A stretch of 64,000 nt of DNA from an uncultured delta proteobacterium (GTDB lineage: Bacteria > Myxococcota_A > UBA9160 > SMWR01): NCBI GenBank assembly GCA_963832165.1, contig CAWHTE010000011.1, positions 160,001 through 224,000 of the forward strand, in the 5' to 3' direction. Below the pieces are notes generated by a model. The model made no database searches and was not told the origin of the DNA. It saw nothing but the letters and a program-made list of their open reading frames with translations. Position numbers and translations under genes: made by a program. Below, in pieces: positions 7,974 through 19,188 of the stretch. Within the stretch, counting starts at the first letter, position 1, and every line of letters starts with the position of its first letter.

Positions 7974-9599
7974 CTAGCGAGCCGCGTCGGGCTTGCGATC
8001 GAGATAGACGCGCTGGAGGTAGCGCGCGATGTCGCTGTCGGGCCGGGCCATCAGGAACAGGAAACTGCGCGCGCTGAACGCGAGGATCACCGCGGGTTGC
8101 ATCCCGCGCGCGCGAGCGGCGTCGAACAGCGGGCCGTCGTGGCGATTGGCCCAGTGGGCATGGAACTCGTGCCCCTGCTCCGAGACGACAGCGACCAGGT
8201 CGGGGTTCTGATCGAGCACGTACGCGGGATCGTCGCGGCCCTCGATCGCGATCGCGGGGTCGTTCAGGCTGTAGGTGTCGATCACGCGCAGGCCCGAGTA
8301 GTACGGGATGGCTCCGGCGTCGCCGATCGCGAGCACGGGCGCGCGCGCGCTGGTGTGCCGATAGTCCGCGAGCACGTGGCCGAGGCGGAAGTAGGTGCTC
8401 GTGAGCGCCTGGCCGTAGGCGCGCCGCTCGCGCAGCGCGAGGTGGGCGGGCCCAGCCGAGCCCGCGGCCACGAGCGCGATCGCCGCGACCGTGAAGCCCG
8501 GCAAGAGCGCCCTCTGCGCGGGGCGCAGCGCGGCCACGAGCGATGCGAGCTGCGCAAAGCCCGCGCCTGCGATCGCGAACGCGATCGGCGCCGCCGGCGT
8601 GCAGTAGCGGAAGTCGAAGTCCATCACGGGGTCCGGCAGGAATCCGACTGCCACCACCGCCCCGATCGCGAGCCAGGCCGGCGCGACCGCGCGCGGTGCG
8701 AGCAGGGTCGCAACCGCCGCGAACAGCGCGCTGCTCGCGAGCAGCGCCTGGCCGAACGCGAGCGCGTTGCCGGCCGCGGGGAAGAGCGGACCCCCCGCGA
8801 TCTTCTCGTGAAACGGAATCGGGAGGAGATATCCGTAGTAGGCCGCGCGCGCGGCGAAGTAGGCGGCGCCGGGCAGCAGGTAGCTCAGTGCGATGCCCCG
8901 TGCGAGCGCCGTGCGGCGCGGCTCGTGCGCGTGCGCGAGCGTCCAGCCGAGCAGCAGCACCGCGGCGACGTTCAGCTCCGGGCGCACGAGGCCCACCGCG
9001 AGCGAGAGCCCGCCGATCGCGTAACCCGACGAGCCCGCCCGCACGTGGGTGTGCACGAGCGCCGTGAGCAGCGCGGCCGCGAGCAGGGTCTCCATGCCCG
9101 AGGCCGCGTGGATCGCGGTCGGGTAGAAGCCCAGGAACAGCGCCCCCGCGAACGCGCCCGCGAGCGCCGGTCCCTCCGCGAACAGCTCGCGCGCGAGGCG
9201 CGCCGCGAGCCACGCGGTCGCGAGCGCGCACGCGACGCCGAGTGCTTTCGCGAACGCGACGGCGTCGATCCCGAGCGCGTGCGGAACGACGCACAAGAGC
9301 AGGTATCCGAAGCTGGTCACGCCTTCGGCGCGCGGACCGCCCGCGTTGAAGTTCGGCCCGTTCCCCGCGACCCAGTTCTGCGCATAGCGGAACGTGATGA
9401 AGGCGTCGTCGGCGGTGAACGGCCAGACGTAGCGCAGCTGCCATGCGAACGCGGCGGCGCCCGCGATCCAGAGCAACACGATCGCGAGCTGCGGTGCGGG
9501 AGGTGCTCGACGCGCGGAGGTGCTAATGCGCGAGCGCCTCGCGCAGCGCGGGCTCGAGCTCGGGGTACGCGAAGCGGAAGCCGCGCTCCAGAGCGGCAC
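7974..9599 (-). CDS. Polytopic membrane protein, GT-C/arabinofuranosyltransferase-like; start uncertain (probably near 9520)
   Basis: DDAFITFRYAQN, EGVTS, SGMET, RPE, AGAIPYYS motifs; many TM segments. Confidence 0.7.
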   Translation of the reverse strand: MPLWSAASASRTPSSSPRCARRSRISTSARRAPPAPQLAIVLLWIAGAAAFAWQLRYVWPFTADDAFITFRYAQNWVAGNGPNFNAGGPRAEGVTSFGYLLLCVVPHALGIDAVAFAKALGVACALATAWLAARLARELFAEGPALAGAFAGALFLGFYPTAIHAASGMETLLAAALLTALVHTHVRAGSSGYAIGGLSLAVGLVRPELNVAAVLLLGWTLAHAHEPRRTALARGIALSYLLPGAAYFAARAAYYGYLLPIPFHEKIAGGPLFPAAGNALAFGQALLASSALFAAVATLLAPRAVAPAWLAIGAVVAVGFLPDPVMDFDFRYCTPAAPIAFAIAGAGFAQLASLVAALRPAQRALLPGFTVAAIALVAAGSAGPAHLALRERRAYGQALTSTYFRLGHVLADYRHTSARAPVLAIGDAGAIPYYSGLRVIDTYSLNDPAIAIEGRDDPAYVLDQNPDLVAVVSEQGHEFHAHWANRHDGPLFDAARARGMQPAVILAFSARSFLFLMARPDSDIARYLQRVYLDRKPDAAR

Positions 9600-10428
9600 G
9601 CGGGACCACCCGGCGGCTGCCGAGCAGCTGACCCGCGAACTCGCCGAGCCCGAGGCGCAGTGCGGCGGCCGGCACCGGGAGCAGCGTGGGGCGATGCAGC
9701 ATCTGCCCGAGCGTCTGCGTGAGCACGGCGTTCGTGACGATCCCGGGCGCGACCGCGTTCACGGCACCCGACCAGCTGGTATCGCCGAGCGCCGCCATGA
9801 CCATTCCGGCGGCGTCCTCGACGTGGATCCACGGGAACCACTGGCGGCCGTGTCCGAGTCGACCTCCGAAGCCGAGGCGGAACACGGGTTTCATCAGCGA
9901 CAGCGGACCGCCTTCACCCGCGAACACGACGCCAAAGCGCAGCGAGACGGTGCGCACCCCGTCGCCCCCCGCCGCGCACGCGGCGCGCTCCCATTCGACA
10001 CACAGCCTGGCGAAGAAGTCCTCGCCGGGCTTGGCCGACTCGTCGAGCTCGGCGTCGCCGCTGTCGCCGTAGTAGCCCACGGCCGATGCACAGACGAGAC
10101 ACTTGGGCCGCTCCTCGTCGGACAGTGCCGCGAGCGAGCGCTCGATCGATTCCGTGGAGTCGATGCGGCTCTTGCGGATCTCCTCGCGGCGCGCCGACGT
10201 GAGCCGGCCGAACACGGGCTCGCCCGCGAGATGCACGATCGAGTCGACTCCGCGCAGCGCCGCCGGAGCCAGCGAGTGCCCGTTCCAGACCTGGACCTCG
10301 AAGATCTTGGGATGGCGGACGCGCTCCGGGTTGCGCGTCACCACGCGCACCTTGTGCCCCTGGGCGTGTAGCGCGCTGACCACCCGGTGGCCGATCAGTC
10401 CCGTGGCGCCCGTTACGAGGACCTTCAT
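9523..10428 (-). CDS. TIGR01777-family NAD-dependent epimerase/oxidoreductase
   Basis: VTGATGLIG, HLAGEP, SAVGYYG, GGRLGHGRQWFPWIH. Confidence 0.9.
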   Translation of the reverse strand: MKVLVTGATGLIGHRVVSALHAQGHKVRVVTRNPERVRHPKIFEVQVWNGHSLAPAALRGVDSIVHLAGEPVFGRLTSARREEIRKSRIDSTESIERSLAALSDEERPKCLVCASAVGYYGDSGDAELDESAKPGEDFFARLCVEWERAACAAGGDGVRTVSLRFGVVFAGEGGPLSLMKPVFRLGFGGRLGHGRQWFPWIHVEDAAGMVMAALGDTSWSGAVNAVAPGIVTNAVLTQTLGQMLHRPTLLPVPAAALRLGLGEFAGQLLGSRRVVPRAALERGFRFAYPELEPALREALAH

Positions 10429-10437
10429 CGCGCCCCG

Positions 10438-11208
10438 CTACTGCGGCTGCATGCGCAGCGCGCCGTCGAGTCGGATCGTCTCTCCGTTGAGCATCGGGTT
10501 CTCGAGAATGTGACACGCGAGCGCCGCGTACTCCGAGGGCTCGCCGAGCCGCGACGGAAACGGGATCGATCGGCCGAGCGCCTCGAGCGCAGGCTCGGGG
10601 AGGCTCAAGAGCAGCGGCGTCTTGAACAGGCCCGGTGCGATCGTGCACACGCGGATCCCGTGGCGGGCGAGATCGCGCGCGATCGGCAGCGTCATGCCCA
10701 CCACGCCGCCCTTCGAAGCCGAGTAGGCGGCCTGGCCGATCTGTCCCTCGAACGCTGCGATCGACGCGGTGTTCGCGATCGCGCCGCGCTCGCCGTTCGC
10801 ATCGGGCTCGTTGCCGACCATGCGCGCGGCCGCGAGCCGGATCACGTTGAACGTGCCGATCAGATTCACCTCGATCGTGCGGCGGAACGCGTCGAGCCGA
10901 AAGGGCTCGGCATCCTTGCCGACGGTCCGAGACGCGCTGCCGACCCCGGCGCAATTCACGAGCCCGCGCAGCGGACCGAACGCCGCGATCGCGGCGTCGA
11001 GTGCGTCGGTTACCTGCCCCTCGTCGGTCACGTCACCCGCGAGGAAGCGCGTGGCCGGGCCGAGCTCCTTCTCGAGCTCGGCGCCCTTCGAGCGCGGCAG
11101 GTCGTAGATCGCGACGCGCGCGCCGCGCGCGACGAGCGCGCGCACGGTGGCTTCGCCGAGCCCAGAGGCGCCCCCGGTGACGAACACGTTCGATCCGGCG
11201 ATCTGCAT
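10438..11208 (-). CDS. 3-hydroxyacyl-CoA dehydrogenase type II (SDR)
   Basis: [38 protein letters not shown]. Confidence 0.92.
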   Translation of the reverse strand: MQIAGSNVFVTGGASGLGEATVRALVARGARVAIYDLPRSKGAELEKELGPATRFLAGDVTDEGQVTDALDAAIAAFGPLRGLVNCAGVGSASRTVGKDAEPFRLDAFRRTIEVNLIGTFNVIRLAAARMVGNEPDANGERGAIANTASIAAFEGQIGQAAYSASKGGVVGMTLPIARDLARHGIRVCTIAPGLFKTPLLLSLPEPALEALGRSIPFPSRLGEPSEYAALACHILENPMLNGETIRLDGALRMQPQ

Positions 11209-11262
11209 GCGTCGCTCCCGCGGATAGAGGCGTTACAGGGTACACGCCGATGCGGCACGGGT

Positions 11263-12060
11263 TCAATCGCCGTGAAGCACCGCGTCCAGACGCTCGGCGA
11301 GCGCGAGGCCCTCGGCGCCGAGCGGCGCCGCATCGAGCGCGACGAGCGCGCGCGCGCCGCGCACCGCATTGATCACGGCCACGCCGCGCGCCGCGAGCAG
11401 ATCGGCACGCGAGAGGTCACGCCGCTTCAGTGCGGGCAGCCGCTCGCTCACCACCTCGAGCGCGATCCCCGCGACCGCGCCGCGTTCGGCCGGCGGTGTG
11501 CAGAGCTCGCCATGGGCTGCGAGCGCGACGACGTTGGTCCGCGCGCCCTCCACGAGGTAGCCCGCGCGATCGAACAAGAGCGCCTCTTCGGCGCGCACTG
11601 CGCGCGCGGCGTCGGACGCGAGCGCCTGGAGCAGCCGATGGGTGAGCTTGGGGCCACCCGCGAGCGCTGCGCCCGGGTGTGGAAGTGGCGCGGTCACCGC
11701 GCGCCACTCGCGCGGATCCCCGTCGAGGCCGCGCGGCACACCCACCACGTGCAGCGCGCCCGTGCCATCGCGCGACAGCTGGAGGCGCACGACGCCTTCG
11801 CCACCCGGGAACGCGCTCTGGGCGAGCTCCTCGATCGCGCGCTGCAAGAGACGCGGGTCGGCTGTCGGCAGTCCGAGCGCGCGGGCATCGCGCAGCAGGC
11901 GCTCTACGTGGCGCGCCGCGAAACGCGGTGCGCCCGCGTGGATCCGCACACTCGTATAACAGCCGCGCCCCTCGCTGAACGCGGAGTCGTCCGCGCGCAC
12001 CACCGCGGCTTCCGCGGGGTGCAGCGTCCCGTCCACCCAGATCGCCGGCCGGGCCGGCAT
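11263..12060 (-). CDS. Aminotransferase class IV (PabC/ADC lyase-like)
   Basis: IWVDG, HVERL, EEALLFD...VEGARTNV, VINAVRG. Confidence 0.75.
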   Translation of the reverse strand: MPARPAIWVDGTLHPAEAAVVRADDSAFSEGRGCYTSVRIHAGAPRFAARHVERLLRDARALGLPTADPRLLQRAIEELAQSAFPGGEGVVRLQLSRDGTGALHVVGVPRGLDGDPREWRAVTAPLPHPGAALAGGPKLTHRLLQALASDAARAVRAEEALLFDRAGYLVEGARTNVVALAAHGELCTPPAERGAVAGIALEVVSERLPALKRRDLSRADLLAARGVAVINAVRGARALVALDAAPLGAEGLALAERLDAVLHGD

Positions 12061-12064
12061 CCCA

Positions 12065-13351
<1,287 letters not shown>

Positions 13352-13489
13352 TGGGGGTCCCCCTCTCTGCTGGGTAGGGATGTCGCGGGCAGCGCGGGCC
13401 AGTCTAGCCAAGTGTCCCTGAAGGGAGCACGTTCCGGCAGAGCGGGATCGCGGGTACCCTTCGGGGAAAGGGAGGCCCGGCAGCAGCGC

Positions 13490-14272
13490 GTGCGCGTCCA
13501 GCAGCTCTTCGATCTCTCGGGTCGCACCGCGCTCGTCACCGGAGGCGGCCGCGGCATCGGACGCCACATCGCGATCGGCCTCGCCGAGGCGGGCGCCGAC
13601 GTCATCGTCGCCTCGCGCAAGATCGACAACTGTCGGGCGACTGCCGCCGCGCTCGAGGCGCTCGGTCGGCGCGCCTGGGCGCTTCCGGTCGATCTCGCCG
13701 ACGAAGCGAGCATCGATGCGCTCGCGGATGCCGCTCTCGGCACGGTCGGTCGGCTCGACATCCTCGTCAACAACGCGGCCGTGATCTGGGGCGCGCCCAC
13801 GCTCGAGTATCCGATGAAGGGCTGGGACCGCACGTTCGCGGTCAACGTGCGCGGGCTCTGGCAGCTCTCGCAGCGCGTCGCGCGCCACATGGCCGAGCGA
13901 GGCGGCGGCGCGATCGTGCACGTGTCGTCGATCTCGGGTTTCCGCGGATCGGTCGAGGAGAAGGAGCCCGCGATCGCCTACAACTCGTCCAAGGGCGCCG
14001 TGAACACGCTGACCAAGGACATGGCCGTGAAGCTCGCGCGCCACAAGATCCGCGTGAACTCGATCGCGCCGGGTGCGTTCGACACCGCCATGATGGACTG
14101 GGTGCGCGGCGACGCCGAGAAGGAGGCGCGCTTCTTCGCGCAGATCCCGCTCGCGCGGCCGGGCGGCGAGGACGACGTGAAGGGGGCGGCGGTGTTCCTC
14201 GCCAGCGACGCGGCGGCCTACATCACGGGACACAACCTGATCGTCGACGGCGGGTGGTTGGTGCGCGGATAG
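13490..14272 (+). CDS. Short-chain dehydrogenase/reductase (gluconate 5-dehydrogenase-like)
   Basis: LFDLSGRTALVTGGGRGIG, NNA, YNSSK, VDGG. Confidence 0.9.
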   Translation: MRVQQLFDLSGRTALVTGGGRGIGRHIAIGLAEAGADVIVASRKIDNCRATAAALEALGRRAWALPVDLADEASIDALADAALGTVGRLDILVNNAAVIWGAPTLEYPMKGWDRTFAVNVRGLWQLSQRVARHMAERGGGAIVHVSSISGFRGSVEEKEPAIAYNSSKGAVNTLTKDMAVKLARHKIRVNSIAPGAFDTAMMDWVRGDAEKEARFFAQIPLARPGGEDDVKGAAVFLASDAAAYITGHNLIVDGGWLVRG

Positions 14273-14287
14273 CCGATGTCCGCGAAA

Positions 14288-14321
14288 GGCGGGATCCGCC
14301 TTCGGCTTCTCCCGCCCTACG
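14288..14321 (-). repeat. GTAG-type REP element
   Basis: Minus strand GTAG-GGCGGGA-GAA-GCCGAAGGC-GGA-TCCCGCC, identical to 28035-28068; lies between convergent genes. Confidence 0.85.
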
Positions 14322-14678
14322 TCATCCACCTGCGCGCTTGACCGTGTATCCCTTCGCCTCGAGCTCCTTGATCACGGCATCGCGGTGGTCGCCCTGGATC
14401 TCGATCACCCCGTCCTTGACCGTGCCGCCGGTGCCGCAGCGCTTCTTCAGCTCGCCCGCGAGCTCGCGCAGCGCGTCGTCTTCGGCCGCAACGCCGTGGA
14501 TCGTCGTGACGGGCTTGCCGCGCCGGCCCGCAATCTCGCGCTTCACGCGCACGATGCCATCGCCGTCGCGCGGTACGCTGCGCGGATTCGCGCGGCACAC
14601 GCACTGCTTCAAGGGCCGCCCGCAGTGCGGACACGTGCGTCCGTGCTGGCTCGAGTAGACGATCCGGTCGCGGCTCAT
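14322..14678 (-). CDS. yciH: Translation initiation factor SUI1/YciH (in frame with the upstream CoA-binding ORF)
   Basis: IVYSS, DGIVRVKRE, GRRGKPVT, LKKRCGTGGTVKDGVIEIQGDHRD. Confidence 0.9.
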   Translation of the reverse strand: MSRDRIVYSSQHGRTCPHCGRPLKQCVCRANPRSVPRDGDGIVRVKREIAGRRGKPVTTIHGVAAEDDALRELAGELKKRCGTGGTVKDGVIEIQGDHRDAVIKELEAKGYTVKRAGG

Positions 14679-15134
14679 GCCCGTCTCATGGACTTCGCTC
14701 GTCTTCGGCTCGCTGCGCGGACTTGCCAATCTTCGGTGCTCGGTCATCGCGCAGCGATCCTGGACCACCGCGATCCCGGCCGCCTCGAGCCGCGCCGCGC
14801 ACGCGTCGTGCCGGATGCCGAGCTGGAACCACACGCAGTCGGGGCGCCAGGGCAGGGCGAGGATCTCGTCGACGTGTCCGGGCAGATGCGCGGGCGCACG
14901 GAACACGTCGATCAGGTCGACGCGCTCCGGCAGCGCCGCGAGGTTCGGCAACGCGGGCGCGTCGCCCCACTGCGAGAGCTTCGGATTCACTGCGCGCACG
15001 TTGTAGCCGGCTCGCAGGAGGTACTGCGGCACGATCCAGGCGTCCTCGCCCCATTCCGCCTTCGCACCGAGCACGGCGATCGTGCGTGTGCGTTCGAACA
15101 CGCTGCGCAGCTCGGCGTCGTTCTCGAGCGGCAC
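14679..15134 (-). CDS. CoA-binding protein (YccU-like); no stop codon, reads through a repeat into yciH
   Basis: TIAVLGA, AVNP, VDLIDVFR, WFQLGI, VVQDRC. Confidence 0.85.
14685..14726 (-). repeat. ~43-bp gene-junction repeat, copy 2
   Basis: Minus strand GCAAGTCCGCGCAGCGAGCCGAAGACGAGCGAAGTCCATGAG; encodes the linker ASPRSEPKTSEVHE. Confidence 0.8.
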
Positions 15135-15183
15135 GGACGGATCTCCTCGACACCCACAGAGGTGGCAGATACGTTACCGCGCC

Positions 15184-16545
15184 ATGCGCAACGCCCACGG
15201 GCTCGCCGCCTCCGTCGCCCTGGCGTGCGTGCTGTGGGGCGCTGCGGCGCCGGCCCTCGACGATCCGGCCGCGCGCGCGCGCATCACGCGGCTCGAGAAC
15301 GGGCTCGTCGTCGTCACGCTCGAGGACTCCTCCACGCCGGTCGTGGCGTTCCAGATGTGGGTGAAGGTCGGCTCGCGCGACGAGGCGGGCTACACGGGTC
15401 TCGCCCATCTCTTCGAGCACATGATGTTCAACGGGTCCAAGCATCTCGGGCCCGAGCAGCACGCCGAGCTGATCAGCGCGCGCGGGGGCCAGATCAACGC
15501 CTACACGAGCAACGACCAGACCGTCTACCACGAGGACGTCACGCGCGAGTCGCTTCCGCTCGTGATCGATCTCGAGTACGAGCGGCTCGCGCACCTCGAC
15601 ATCAGCGCGAAATCGCTGGATCGCGAGCGCCAGGTGGTGCTCGAAGAGCGGCGCCTGCGCAACGAGGACGATCCGATGGGGCGCGCCTACGAGACGCTGC
15701 TCGCGCTCTTGTGGCAGGCGCTCCCCTATCGCACGCCCGTGGTCGGCTGGCGCAGCGACATCGAGAAGGCGACGGTCGAGGTGTGCCGCCGATTCTTCGC
15801 GACCTACTACGCGCCCAACAACATCGTGGTGACGATCGCGGGCGACTTCGACGCCGACGATGCGCTCGCGCACATCGAGCGCACGCTCGGCAAGCTCGAG
15901 CCCGCCGAGTCGATCCCGCGCAATCCCACCGAGGAGCCCGAGCAGCGCGGCGAGCGGCGCGCGGTGGTGCACCTCGACCTGAACAGTCCGCTCCTGGGAG
16001 CCGCCTGGCATGCGCCCGCCACCGGAAGCGCGGACGGCGAGGCGCTCGACGTTTTGTCGATGATCCTCTCCGACGGACGCTCGAGCCGGCTCTACCGCAG
16101 CCTCGTCCACGAGGCGGAGATCGCGCTGTCGGCGCAGGGCTCCTACTGGGAGATGAACGACACCGGCGCGTTCGTCGCGTTTGCGAGCGTACGCCCGGGC
16201 GCGGACATCGCCGAGGTCGAGCGGCGCTTCTTCGCGGAGATCGCCCGCGTGCGGAGCGAGCCGGTCCGCGAGGCCGAGGTCGAGAAGGCGAAGCGTCAGC
16301 TCGAGGTCTCGCTCGTGAACGGGCTCGCCACGAGCCACGCGCTCGCGGGGCGGCTCGGACAGGACATCACCACGTTCGGGCGAATCCGCCCGCTCGACGA
16401 GCGGCTCGAGCGGATTCGCGCCGTCACCGTGGCCGACGTGCAGCGGGTCGCGCGCACCTATCTCGTGGACGATCAGCGCACGGTCGTGCACCTCGTGCCG
16501 CCGCCGCGCGAGCCCGCGAAGCCCAAGCGCAGGAGCGGCGCTTGA
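15184..16545 (+). CDS. M16 family zinc metallopeptidase, catalytic subunit, secreted
   Basis: Signal peptide, LENGL, GLAHLFEHMMF (HxxEH), NAYTS, VVLEERR. Confidence 0.92.
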   Translation: MRNAHGLAASVALACVLWGAAAPALDDPAARARITRLENGLVVVTLEDSSTPVVAFQMWVKVGSRDEAGYTGLAHLFEHMMFNGSKHLGPEQHAELISARGGQINAYTSNDQTVYHEDVTRESLPLVIDLEYERLAHLDISAKSLDRERQVVLEERRLRNEDDPMGRAYETLLALLWQALPYRTPVVGWRSDIEKATVEVCRRFFATYYAPNNIVVTIAGDFDADDALAHIERTLGKLEPAESIPRNPTEEPEQRGERRAVVHLDLNSPLLGAAWHAPATGSADGEALDVLSMILSDGRSSRLYRSLVHEAEIALSAQGSYWEMNDTGAFVAFASVRPGADIAEVERRFFAEIARVRSEPVREAEVEKAKRQLEVSLVNGLATSHALAGRLGQDITTFGRIRPLDERLERIRAVTVADVQRVARTYLVDDQRTVVHLVPPPREPAKPKRRSGA

Positions 16546-17972
16546 GACGCGCAATCCTGCGCACGGTGGCCGCGCTGGGGGCGACGGTCGGGCTCGGCTG
16601 CGCGCTGCCGGCGCCGAAGCCCGCGTGGGAGCTTCCCGCGCCGCCTGCGCCCGATCGGCCGATCGTGCGCGACGGCGCCCTCACGCGCGCGGCTCTGCCG
16701 AACGGCCTGCGCGTGCTCGTGCTCGAGGACCACCGGATCCCGCGCGTGTCGATCGGGCTCACGGTGCCGCGCGGCGCCGCGGTCGAGGTACCTGCGCAGG
16801 CCGGCGCGGTCTCGTTCATGGCCGAGCTGCTCGAGCGCGGCGCGGGCAAGCGCGACGCGCTCACCTACGCGGAGACGGTCGATGCGCTCGGTGCGAACTT
16901 CGCTGCGGGCGCCGACTGGGACACGGTCGAGCTCGGGATCGCGGGCTTGTCGAGCGATTTCGACTCGCTGCTGGGCCTGCTCGCCGACGCCGCGCTGCGC
17001 CCGCGCTTCGATGCGCGCGAGGTCGAGCGCGCGCGCTCCGCGCTGCTCGCGGCGCTCGAGCAGGCCAAGGACGATCCCGCGACGCTCGCGAGCTGGTACG
17101 CGAGCCGCGCCGTCTACGGCGGCCATCGCTTCGCGCTGCCGGTCGCAGGGACGCCCGAGACCGCGGCGCGGCTAGACGTCAAAGGCGCGCGCGCCTATCA
17201 CCAGAAGCTGTTCGTGCCCAACGGCGCGATCGTGAGCGTCACGGGCGACGTCGAGCCCGAGGCGGTGATCGCGGCGCTGCGCGCGCAGTTCAGCGCGTGG
17301 CAGCAGGGAGAGCTCCTGGATCCGGGACCGCCGCCGCCCGCGGAGGCGCCCGCACAGCGCAAGGTCGTCGTGGTCGACCGGCCCGACCTCGGCCAGGCGC
17401 GCATCGTCGTCGGGCACGAAGGCATCTCGCGCACCGACGAGGACCGGATCGCGGTCTCGGTCTTCAACCTGATCGTGGGCGGCTCCGGCTTCTCGTCGCG
17501 CTTGATGGCTGCACTGCGCGGAAACGAGGAGGGGCTCACCTACGGCGTGGGCTCTGCCTATGCGCTGCGCCGCGCGCGCGGTCCGTTCTACGCCTCGACC
17601 TTCACGCGCGTCGAGAAGGCGCGCACGGCGCTCGACCTCCTGCTCGCCGAGCTCGAGCGCGCGCGGAGCGATCCGCCCGGCGAGAAGGAGCTCAGCTGGG
17701 CGCGCACGCTCGCCACGGGTAGCTTCGCGATGGGGCTCGAGACCTCCGACGCCGTGACGGGCTCGCTGGTCGACCTCGACGTGTACGGGCTTCCCCAGGA
17801 CAGCCTCGACACCTACCGCGCTCGCGTACGTGCGCTCGGGCCCGAGGACATGGCCGCGGCGGCGCGGCTGCACCTGCACCCGGATCGGGCCGCGATCGTG
17901 TTAGTCGGCCCTGCCAAGGCGCTCATGCCGCAGCTCGAGGGGCTCGGCGACGTCGAGGTGGTGAAGCCCTGA
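16542..17972 (+). CDS. M16 family peptidase, non-catalytic partner subunit, probable lipoprotein
   Basis: TTG start overlapping the upstream stop, VGLGC lipobox-like, LPNGLRV, GFSSRL...GLTYG, no HxxEH. Confidence 0.85.
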   Translation: MRRAILRTVAALGATVGLGCALPAPKPAWELPAPPAPDRPIVRDGALTRAALPNGLRVLVLEDHRIPRVSIGLTVPRGAAVEVPAQAGAVSFMAELLERGAGKRDALTYAETVDALGANFAAGADWDTVELGIAGLSSDFDSLLGLLADAALRPRFDAREVERARSALLAALEQAKDDPATLASWYASRAVYGGHRFALPVAGTPETAARLDVKGARAYHQKLFVPNGAIVSVTGDVEPEAVIAALRAQFSAWQQGELLDPGPPPPAEAPAQRKVVVVDRPDLGQARIVVGHEGISRTDEDRIAVSVFNLIVGGSGFSSRLMAALRGNEEGLTYGVGSAYALRRARGPFYASTFTRVEKARTALDLLLAELERARSDPPGEKELSWARTLATGSFAMGLETSDAVTGSLVDLDVYGLPQDSLDTYRARVRALGPEDMAAAARLHLHPDRAAIVLVGPAKALMPQLEGLGDVEVVKP

Positions 17973-17999
17973 CGGTCGGGGCGCATGCCGCCCTTCGGG

Positions 18000-19163
18000 C
18001 TACTCCGCCCTGCCGCAATCGGGCGCCCGCGCGGCGAGCGTGATCGGCTCCGGCGACTCGAGCGGACGCGAACCCTCCGCGCCGAGCTCGCGCATGCGGC
18101 GCGTCTGCGGCAGCACGCGCATCTCGAGCGAGCCGAGCGCGCTGTTGTACGCCTCGATCGAGCGCCCGAGACTCGCGCCGATCTTGGCGAAGTGCTCGAC
18201 GAAGAGCGAGAGCCGCTCGTCGAGCACGCGCGCGTGGCGCAGCACCTCGCGCGTGTTCTCTTCGAGCCGCGCATCGCGCCAGCCGCGTGCCACCGCGCCG
18301 AGCAGCGCGTAGAGCGTCGCGGGTGTCGCGAGCACGACGCCCTTGGCGAGCGCGTGCTCGATCAGCCCGCGATCGCGCGCCGCCGCGGAGCCGAGGAAGC
18401 CCTCGTCGGGCAGGAACAGCACGACGAACGCGGGCGCGTTCTCGAGACTCGCGGAGTAGTCGCGGCCCGCCAGTGCGTCGACGTGCCGGCGCACCGCGCG
18501 CGCGTGCTCGTCGAGCGCAGCGTCGCGCTCCTCGTCGCGCGTCGCTTCGGACGCCTTCCAGTACCAGTCGAGCGGGGCCTTCGCATCCACCGCGAGCTCG
18601 CGCCCGCCCGGCAGCCGCACGAGCAGGTCGGGCCGCTGCGTCGCGCCCGCACTTCCGATCGTGACCTGCTCGGCGAAGTCGCAGTGCTCGGAGAGGCCCG
18701 CGAGTTCCGCGGTCCGGCGCAGCGTGAGCTCACCCCAGCGGCCGCGCGCGGCGCTGCCGCGCAGCGCGTTGTTCAGACGCGCGGTCTGCGCGGCGAGCTC
18801 GCGCAGCTCGCCGCCGAGCTCGCCGGCCGTCTTCGCGCGCGCGCGCTCGAGCTCGTGCGCCTCCCACTGGTAGCGATCGACCGCCTCGCGCAGCGGCCCG
18901 ACCGTCTCGTCGAGCGCCTTGCGGCGCGTGTCCCAGTCGGACTCGGAGGACTCCTCGAGGCGCTGGAAGCGCTCGCCCGCGAGCGCGAGGAAGCTCTCGG
19001 TGTTGTCGCGCAAGGCGTCGGCCGCGAGCGCCGCGAACGCCTCGCGCGTGCGGCCCGCCGCGGCGCGCGCCACCGCGCGGCCGAGCGCGAGGCCGACCGC
19101 GAGCGCCGCGCACGCCACGAGAACGAGCGTCTGCCACGGGCCTGACTGGATCCACTCCTGCAT
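18000..19163 (-). CDS. rmuC: DNA recombination protein RmuC
   Basis: N-terminal TM, coiled coil, RGRWGELTL, RPDLLVRLPGGR..VDAKAP, FVVLFLP, ATPATL. Confidence 0.92.
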   Translation of the reverse strand: MQEWIQSGPWQTLVLVACAALAVGLALGRAVARAAAGRTREAFAALAADALRDNTESFLALAGERFQRLEESSESDWDTRRKALDETVGPLREAVDRYQWEAHELERARAKTAGELGGELRELAAQTARLNNALRGSAARGRWGELTLRRTAELAGLSEHCDFAEQVTIGSAGATQRPDLLVRLPGGRELAVDAKAPLDWYWKASEATRDEERDAALDEHARAVRRHVDALAGRDYSASLENAPAFVVLFLPDEGFLGSAAARDRGLIEHALAKGVVLATPATLYALLGAVARGWRDARLEENTREVLRHARVLDERLSLFVEHFAKIGASLGRSIEAYNSALGSLEMRVLPQTRRMRELGAEGSRPLESPEPITLAARAPDCGRAE

Positions 19164-19188
19164 GGGACCTCCGGGGGGAATAGATGGG

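Noticed and set aside
14385..16541. 1195-aa ORF as a single giant peptidase
   Set aside because: Only the part from TTG 16542 is M16-like; the rest overlaps other genes out of frame.
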